Assembly: GCA_020536535.1 (NCBI GenBank)
Contig: JAHLWZ010000729.1
Coordinates: 10,116 to 74,115, forward strand
DNA length: 64,000 bases
Reading direction: 5' to 3'
From: Pelomyxa schiedti
Lineage: Eukaryota > Protista > Evosea
Shown here piece by piece: positions 55,401 through 64,000 of this stretch (its first letter is position 1; the number at the start of each line of letters is the position of its first letter). The position numbers were made by a program, and so were the translations under genes. The notes under the pieces are model-generated. The model searched no databases and was not told the DNA's origin. It worked only from the letters and a program-made list of their open reading frames with translations.

Positions 55401-56957
55401 ACGATTGGTGGGCCGTGTCACAGCTGAGGCGGAGGGGGCTCTCATATGTGACACAGGCGGAGGAACCAAGGAAGTTGCAGATTGTGATTGAAGTGCCACA
55501 GAGGGAGGTGGCTGTGCGCTTGATGGCGGATACACAAGGTTTACAAGGGAAGGAATAACTGACGTCGAGTTCAGACGCCTGTGGTTGGCTCCCTGCTTCT
55601 TTGGGGGTGTTATGAAATCGGTGGATGTAGGGAGTAGTTCTAGTGCTGAAACCACTTGGGTACGGACACTTGGAACTGAGGTATTTAGCGGAACGGACGG
55701 GGGTGGGGGAATATAGACAGATGGGGATGGGGATTGGTATGGGTATGGGTATGGGTATGCATTTGGAGTTGGTGATGGAGACGGGGATGGAGATGGGGAT
55801 GGAGATGGAGATGGGGAGAGAGAGGGGAGGAGTACCAGTTGACTCTTTTGTGGTGGCTGCAAGTTCTCAGATGAATCAACTCCACTTGGGATTCCAGGGC
55901 TTACTGTGGGTGGAGGAAGGCCGGGGCTTACTGTGGGCGGGAATGGGGCGTTAGTGGGCATAGGTTGTGTAATATTTGTGGGAGGAAGTGGTGCTCGTTC
56001 AGAAGGGGGGAGCAGTTGTAAAGAGAGAGCAGAGGGAACTGAGGGTGAGCTTGGGGAAGCTGGGCGCGGCAAAACGTTGGGTTGTATTTGTATGGGAGTG
56101 GTTGGAGGCACTTGAGGAAGTTGGATTGGCTGTGTGTTTACTGGAGACGAATTTCTAGGTGGGATTGGAGAAGTCAAAGTAGGTTGCACGTTAGTGATTC
56201 CTTCCACAGGAAGAGGAGGGGAACCTGTACGTGAAGATTGTGGCTGTTGTGTCTGGGAGAGTAGGGAAGGATTTCGGGCCTGAATAGCAGACAACAAATG
56301 ATGGGGCGTGTGGGGGAGCTGATGAGGGGGTGGGGGAGGTGGGGGAGGGAAATTGGGGTATGGAATAGAAGTCGGTAATCCGTGGAGTAAAGGAACTGCG
56401 GGAGGCCCCCGTGCCGGAGCATCAGGGGCAGAAATTCTTCTCGATCGAGTTTTAGAGTTTTCGGTGATAGGTGGGGCAGCAACGGTGGGAAGAGGTGAAT
56501 TCATATAAAGCCCATCGTTGCTGGTTCTTAGAGAGACGGGTGTACTAACCTGTCTCGCTGGGAACAATGTGGTGTTTGGTGGCGACAACGGGGAAGGCAA
56601 GTGCACCCCTGGCTGTGGGGACATTGAGCGACTGGGATTAGATGGTGATGGGAATCGCACCCTGCGAGGAGGCTCTTCTTCGGATACAGGAGGCGGTGGG
56701 CAAATAGTAGAAGCCAATTGCTCCTCAAAGCTGGGTTTCACCACTGTCGAAGAAACTGACGTGGGCGGGGGCCCGATGTCGTCATCCCCATTGAACGGCG
56801 ACACCATAGGCGGGGGTGCGGAAATGTCGTCTATTTTCGTGGCTCTCTCCGGCGCTGTGGTGTAGTGCAAATAGATCTCTCTTTGGGCTTGTTTCCCCTG
56901 GCCTAGATCCGCGCCCTCCTTGTGGTAACTCAAGTGTGTACCGGAAATCTCAACCAA
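52458..56957 (-). CDS. STE/MAP3K-group kinase (Cdc7/Cdc15/SepA-like catalytic domain) with long Pro-rich N-terminus and coiled-coil C-terminus; start uncertain
   Basis: IGRGATAVVLKG, VALKRV, ENGSL...FGSLPEPLVALY, HRDLKA, VKLADFG, SVVGSPYW, SDIWSLGCTIIELLSG, DFLRKCFIKNPEDRPSA. Confidence 0.9.
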
Positions 56958-57407
56958 CGTCTAGTATGGTCGTATGTGTTTCTTCAGAAAAATGAATGTG
57001 GCAAGCAAAATCACCGGGCGATTCGGTTGGTTTGTTCGACAGCCGGGGATCTAAAGTGTAAAACGCTATTTGGCACTTGTTGCCGGACGTGCTGTGGTGT
57101 CGGTGGTGTGCGTTTGGGGTGTGACGACAACGTGTCGTGGTTTCGGTGCCGCCTGCGTTTCTTAAATTTCCGCTTTGATCTTACGAAGTTATTTTCCCCG
57201 GTTCACTGAAAGGAGTTGGTAACAACAGCACCGAAAAAGCTCCGTGTATCTTTGTTAAGCCCATTCCTGGAATGCTCAGTTCTCCAATCCTCTGCCTTTC
57301 CACAGGCAGCCACAGCCTGCCGCCACGCATCGAATTGATCTGTTCAGTCGATCATAAATCTGTTCCGCAATTAACAGATCCAACTTTCCTCGTCTATCGT
57401 CTGTCCA

Positions 57408-59884
57408 ATGGGTATCCCCAGGTTCATGACCTGGGTGCGTGGCACAGCGCCACAATCGTTCTCTATCTTCATTTCGCAGAGGGGACATGCGCCCATAATT
57501 CCTCCTCCGCAAGCCACCCCCGCTTCCACACCAACAAGCGCCTCGGCTGCGTCCCCGCCGGCTACACTCCCCACAAGCGGTGCTACTTCTTCGCCTGCAC
57601 CCATAACTGCCTCCAAGACGCCCACTCCAACACCAAGTGGCGGCGCTCCCCCCGTGTCGTCTGGCACGTCGAACGTAACCGTTTGTACCCCCGAGCCCGA
57701 AAACCGCGAGCCTTTGCCGTGTGGATGTCGCTATATTTCGACTTTGCCTTCGCCGGAAGCGTTCCATTTCCCTCCCCCGACGCACAAGATCACACCAGGT
57801 CCTGTTATTGACAACCTCTATTTGGTTTGGTGCCAAAATACACACTTGTGGGAACAACTTGTCTAATTTAAATTCATGTTTAGGATGTGAATTGCTTGAT
57901 TCATTCCTGCACTTCTGCTGTTCAATCTGTACAAAATTCGAAAGGAACGCCTATTCAGACAGATGATTTTGAAGCTGAGGTATCAAATTTAGCAGGAAAA
58001 GACATACCTTGTTCATTGTATTAAACAGGTTATCAAAGAACTTCTCAATAGAATCGATAGGATTGTTCATGACACCAAACCCAAGCAATTGCTTTTTCTG
58101 TCCTTGGATGGTGTTCCACCTGCTGCAAAAATCACCCAACAGCGGGAACGAAGGTTCAAATCATGGATGAACCCAGAACTTCCGGCATCTGTCACACCAT
58201 CCCAGGCACCAACACAACCTCAACAACCAGGGCAAGTTCAGAGATTGCCACAGCCTCAACAACCCCCACAAGTGCAGCAATTGCCTCAGTCAAACCCAAG
58301 CGCGTCAGCTAACTCCCTGTGGGATTCCAATGCTATTACTCCTGGCACCAGGTTTATGACAAGGTTATCTCTTTCTGTCCGCAAGTTCGTTGAGCACAGA
58401 ATTTCCAATGGATGCACTCTTTGTGCTTCTTCTTCCACAACTGGACCCAAGTTTAGTAGATGCACCTTATGGTCAGTTCTCACTGTCATTGTCTCAGATT
58501 CTACTATGCCTGGAGAAGGAGAGCAGAAGATTATTGATTTCATTAGATATCAAAGAGATCAACACAAGGCAGCAAGTAGTTCCACACAAACGAACTCTCC
58601 GCCTGCCGAATCTACTGCCACTGATAAACCGAGCCAACAGCACTACATTTACTCCATGGATTCAGACTTAGTGCTCCTGTGCATGACACTGCATGAACTA
58701 AATTTGAATCTCTTGTGGACTGAAGATGATTTTAATACTTATACGTATCTGGATATAAAATCTGTGCAGAGCACTATAATGCAGCTCATTGGCTCTTTTT
58801 CTGGGACTGTGTTCAATGACACAGCTATATTGTCAGATTGGATACTTCTGACTTGTTTGTTGGGCAATGATTTTATCCCAGGAATTCCCAGTCTCTGGCT
58901 TGGGGAGAACGCCTTAAACAGACTCACCGAGCAATACAGTTTGGCAAAACATCGAGGAGCAATCACGCGTCTGGTTGACAATGGCGAAATTAACTACTCA
59001 CAAGTTGCTATTGTACTTCAAGATATTTTAGTGCAGGAACCAAATATATTAGAGCAACGAGAGCAACAGCGTTGTGTGTCTAGAAATATCCCGTATACCC
59101 CCAAGCCATTTGAAGCGACGAGAAGTAGACACTACTGTTTCAATTTTCCGGAACTGGACAGCCAGAATCCAGATGTACCTATTCATGTGGCTCGAAGCTA
59201 TTGGGAGGGACTCACGTGGGTGATAAAATACATCTTCAAAGGTTGTCGGAGGTAAAGCTGCCGATTCTCCAATAGAATACTAGTAAACAAACAATCTCTG
59301 ATGCCTTTATAAATTAGCTGGGAATGGATATATCCCTATCACAACGGCCCTTTTCTTGTGGATTTGGTTGGCTTTCTTTCTCTCAAAACAGCGAGTCCCA
59401 TCAATACTTTTACATCACCCCCTGGTTCTCCCATAACACCAGCTGAATTGTTACTTTCAGTGTTACCACCATCCAGTGCCAATCTACTACCAAAGCAAAT
59501 GTCTTCCGCGTTTGGAGAAACAAGTATTCTTTCTCGATTTTGGCCAAACAGGTTTACATCCCAGTTACCCTTTTTGTAATCACAACCCCGTGCAGGTTCC
59601 CAAGAGCAGTAATTCCGATCGTCAACATGGCCGAGGTAAAGAAACAGTATTTGCAGCTGCGGGCTTCTATTTCCTCGTCTAGCTTGGTTACCTATTCCAC
59701 ACTTTCTGGCTTTATATTCTCTTCCACCATGTGCCCTCCGCCAAAGGAATCTTCCCCCAATCCAGGCAAGACCATAATTAAGCTTGGCTCCCTATATGGT
59801 CACTTTGCGTCACTCCGCGATGGTTCCACCCCAAACACAGCTTCATGTCCCCATATCCTGGAACTGGCCTTCACAATGCTATAA
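57408..59884 (+). CDS. XRN-family 5'-3' exoribonuclease, divergent and short
   Basis: MGIPRF, DNLYLDVNCLIH, DGVPPAAKITQQRERRF, WDSNAITPGTRFM, PGEGEQKI, DSDLVLL, GNDFIP, YWEGLTWV, SWEWIYPYH. Confidence 0.93.
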
Positions 59885-60108
59885 CAAATAGAACAATAGC
59901 AAAACAAATTTCCACTGGATAGAAGAAACAACTTTTTGATGGACACAATCACCCGGCTCGTTCGTTAAAAAAAACCCAGCGTATCACTTTTCGTAGACAG
60001 CATTGCCCTGCGGTGTGTTTTTAAGGCAAACAGATAGTTTCTAAAGACTCATTTTTTGTTTTTAATCTACTTTTACACTTTACTTTACTTCAACACTTGT
60101 ATAAACTG

Positions 60109-63100
60109 ATGGCCTTCAGCCGTCTCCTTCTTGTTGTTTGCGTATTGGTGGTTGTAACTCTGGCAGAGAGGTACTGCTTTATACAAGTTCACTACAAATA
60201 AACTCACCAACCCAATAGGACTGAGGAAGATGCCGAGTTCAATGCTGGGTGCAGTCACTACGATAAACAGTTTGATGAAATCCAGTGCGTACAGTGATTT
60301 TTTGGTTTTCCTCATTATCTCATTTAAAAAGAGTTGATGTTCCATGCGATAAAACTACTATCGATGTTGACGGCCTTGGCACTCTCGAACTAAAGGACTT
60401 GGATCACAACCATTTACAAGGGTTTACTGCCACTTTCCCTGTCGCTGCAGTCATTGTTAAAGGAGGTATATTAACACGAGATCTCGCAAAAAGATTTAAT
60501 CTTATGCCTAGAAAAAACTGCCCGTGTGCATCACTATCCGCCTGGCACAACATCCGATTCTGTGGAAATGCGCACCCCGTGCAGACCAGATGGTGACTGC
60601 CCTATGATTAGACACGTTGGATTTTGTTACGAACGCAAAGTGCTCATCTGTTCATTGGCAACTGGCTCGTATGACTGGCGGTTTACCTGGGACATCATCA
60701 AGTCCATCAACCCCGAAGAGTACATTGTTCCCGTGAGCAACAACCCGCTTGACCTCACGTACTCGTACGATGTGAACCCCACGGGACACATGGAAAACGT
60801 CACAGTCTCTGGTTCAATCTTATTGAGGAATCCATCAAGTCGAAAGTACATCATGGTTACCGTTGACGCCAAGTTTGGTGATCTGGAGCTATCCTTGGAT
60901 TGCGTTGACTCGGTTTGTGCTTTTATAGTTATCTCGTTTGTACTGACTGTTTCCTAGCCTTATTCACCTTTGAAAATCGAAGCTGCTGGCAGTGTTACAT
61001 GCAACTACAAACAGACTCTTCCTGACTCTTTTGATGATATGTTCCGTCCAGTGACAGTAGTGGTTACACCAGAACCTGGCTCACCTGTACACGGCTCAAT
61101 GTCTGTAGACATACCCGTTTGGACCCGAAATTTGGTTTGCCTTTTCAAGTTTGTTTTCATTTCTCACTCCCCAGCAGGTTGATGAGTGCATCCAACTGAC
61201 CGATAGTCTCACACAAGATTCAAATCCTCCAGTCCTTTTGAGCCTTGGACAGAAGTGCTATGAGTGGCATGATTGCATGACGGACAACTTCCACTATTGG
61301 GTTGATGTCAGTAAATGTGGCTACCATTACATCACCGACAGTATAACTGGTGTTACGAATGACGAAGGAATCTCCTACGAGAGCAACGTTGTAAACGTTC
61401 AAGTGGAGGCGCCCTGCAACCTTGCTGAATCTTGCGATGTTTCTGGCAACTACGACACTAGTTACTTGTGGACTGTGGACAAATCTGCATCAACTTCATT
61501 GGTCACAGTGGAACCCGGCACAGATGTTCTGATTCACTATGATATCGCATTCACTAAGACTGAAAATGGACGTGAGCAGTACACTCTATCCGGCGTTATC
61601 TCTGTTCAAAATCCAAACGTTCTCTACAACGCCGAGTTGGCCTCTGTACTGGTTCAATATAATGCCATTACCGTTCCTGTCACATGGACAATTCATGGAG
61701 TTGAAACTTCTGTGGTACACATATCTCTTTCAGCCTTCAATTTCAGCATTAACTCCCTCTTAGCCTGGCCTTATTTTACATGCAGGAGATACACTTGTTG
61801 GTGAATGCAATGACTTCGAAATCGCCGAGCCACCTTATGATGCACTCATGACTGTCGATGTTTCTGTGACGGGTATTCTCATTAGTGGCGGCAGTGAAAC
61901 TTGCGGACCCGCGGACTTCACGGAACACCAACCAGTACAGAACTTTCTGATTAACTTGCAAACTAACTTTTCCTCTAGATTAATGACTGCGTTACTGTGT
62001 TTGACCAACTTACGTTCAACGGCGTAACTTCCTACCCTGCACTTGCAACGCAATGTGACAGTGGAATGCAAAGCTTTGATACCATTAATGGAGAGATTTC
62101 TACTCGTGGCCTTGAGTGCATCCAGTTGAATGCCACTAATACCGTGCAATTGTATGATCCGGTGGGAAATCTGTTGGCCAGCGATTCCGCCATCACTACT
62201 GTGGATGTTCCTTGTGACTCTGACATCTCGCTGAACGTTAATGGACAATACTCGTTGCTCTATACATGGGAAGTTACCAAGTCGGTATCCGCTCCAGTTC
62301 TGAACCTCACAATCAACGAGGGCTACATGGAGCAGTATTGTTACACCGTGGAGCCACAGTCGCACACGTTCGGCCTCTCAATCAGTGGTGTTGTTACTGT
62401 TATCAACAACAACGTCAACCAAGATGTGAATATTCTCGAAGTCGGCGTTGAATTTCCGGGCCAACTACCTGCAACCGCGGCTTGTGACACAGTATGCGCT
62501 CTTCCGTCTCTTTTGTTGTCACTTTAACAACGCGCCCAGAACTATCTCCCTGCTGGTGACACAGCCACTGCTATCTGCAACTGGTATATGGACCTTGACG
62601 CAGTCCCAGCCGACAACTCCATCGCAACTGCAGTAGTCACCACAGATCCTCCATTTAACAGCGGCTCCGCTACAGCCCAAATGGGTGCCTTCCCGGGTTC
62701 TTGGACAAAGCTCAGCACGGTTCGTATACCCTACAACTCTCCCTACTCTTTCGTCTAATGGTGTGCAGTTGGACGCTTGTGTATCTGTTGTAGACATGAT
62801 TGACAGTGTGGCGTACACCCTCCCTGGCCAGTGTGTTGGCGTAGACCCAGAAGCTGCCATTACTGACTGCTTTGATTTCATGATACTCGAGTGTTCATGT
62901 GGCCAGTTCGAGGTGACGGACCAGATTGCAGTCTCAGGAGTCGACACACTGACGATCACCTGGAGTGACAACGTTACAGTGCAAGTGAACGTTATGTGCT
63001 CACTCGGGTGCACGCTCTCACAGGGTTACTGGAAGAACCACGCAGATCCTGCTTCACCCAAGTACAACTCACACTGGGACAAGCACCTTGGGGAAATCTT

Positions 63101-63404
63101 CTTCCTGTCCGGCCAAACATGGCTACAAGTCCTGAACCACCCTGCTTCTTCACCTCATGGGACGTACTACTCTTTGGCGTACCAGTACATAGCTGCCATA
63201 TTGAACATCGAGTCTGGTGCAGCCGTCGTTGACGACGGGGTTACAGATGCCCTCACAAACTCGCTTATCTTCTTCAATGCCAACTTCCCAGATACCTGGG
63301 ACCTCTCCCTGAAAACTACCCTGGAAAGCTGGAAGACTACACTGGAGGAGTACAACCTTGGCCTAAGGCCCAATGGTCCACCCCCCTGCCCTGATTCTGA
63401 ATAA
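60109..63404 (+). CDS. Secreted beta-rich repeat protein with bacterial-type N- and C-terminal domains, multi-exon
   Basis: Signal peptide MAFSRLLLVVCVLVVVTLA; AAVIVKGG...HVGFCYE domain; three repeats (FTWDIIKS, YLWTVDKS, YTWEVTKS); C-terminal GCTLSQGYWKNH...YYSLAYQYIAAILN. Confidence 0.8.
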
Positions 63405-63494
63405 GAAGACAGAACTGGCTACTTGTGAACACCCTTATCCACCAAGTAATAATTTTTTTGTTAAAAAAAAAATCTAGCTTAATCTTGGCATTTT

Positions 63495-64000
63495 ACACTA
63501 GCCTAAGAGGGTAACCCCAAGCCAATGATTGTAAATTCCCCTGAGAAGATGCATAGTCCTTGTCAACAAAATTTGAATTAATGGCTGCCTACGTAGTGTT
63601 AGTATTCCAAATGAGTATGCACGGAAAACTTAGTGTTTTTAGTTCCCTAGGGTTGTGCAAAAAGGAGAGTTTGGGTCTGCTACGAGAGTGAGAGCCAGTT
63701 TCCTCGGCTTGCTCATTACTGTTGGATCCCAGTATCAACAGTGATTTCCTACAATTTCAGTGAAACCAAGTGGCGTGAGGTAACCGGCGCAACGTGAAGT
63801 ACATGATTTTTGTTGGTACGAAAGCCACGAGTGTGTTGAAGCCACAAACGGTTATCCAAATTGGTGCCGCCAGGAACAAATTTGGGACTGCCCAAGTGTG
63901 CACACTTTTTATCGGGTTTATTAGTTTTCTCAGTCCAGAGACGAGGAACTGAGACGGAAAAAAAAGGCGTTTTCTACAAGACCATCGGCCACGGGGTGCA
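63495..64000 (-). other. Possible 3' exons of a minus-strand gene entering from outside the window
   Basis: Minus-strand TACTAAC branch point (63598-63604) followed by an acceptor TAG and a short open exon; frame not resolved. Confidence 0.3.

Noticed and set aside
63600-63955. Hairpins, a 14-bp palindrome and an Sm-like ATTTTTG suggesting an snRNA or RNase P/MRP RNA
   Set aside because: No diagnostic U1/U2/U5/U6 or convincing P4 motifs. A minus-strand branch point suggests coding exons instead.

Overview
Gene-dense, intron-rich eukaryotic DNA. Short GT-AG introns (about 30-100 nt), compact intergenic spacers, GC-rich gene 5' ends and low-complexity Q/P/S/T-rich proteins suggest a protist, plausibly an amoebozoan (inference only). 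I can support about 23 protein-coding genes. Most are multi-exon, so coordinates are gene spans reconstructed by eye and exon borders are approximate. In order: Cys-rich membrane protein, F-box-like/RBX1-type RING protein, carboxylesterase, AT-hook protein, LamG-LamG-BTB protein, C2-UBZ protein, COG3, PACT-like coiled-coil protein, hypothetical protein, CAP-domain protein, MEDS-domain protein, START protein, CRIB-STE20 kinase, DUF2420-like protein, GNAT, Crinkler-like REase-kinase, RhoGAP, DPH2, family A DNA polymerase, small hypothetical protein, Cdc7/Cdc15-like kinase, XRN exonuclease and a bacterial-type secreted repeat protein. There is one 100-N gap inside a (GAGGAT)n repeat. The most interesting signals are a roughly 100-nt tRNA-like but non-decoding Pol III unit (TATA, A box, B box, terminal stem, T-run; vault-RNA-like layout) at 26.6 kb, prokaryote-type domains in intron-containing genes, a Crinkler-type nuclease-kinase, an F-box-like/RBX1-like fusion and a PolA carrying an RPA32-binding motif. 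All family calls come from motif recognition; no database search was run.
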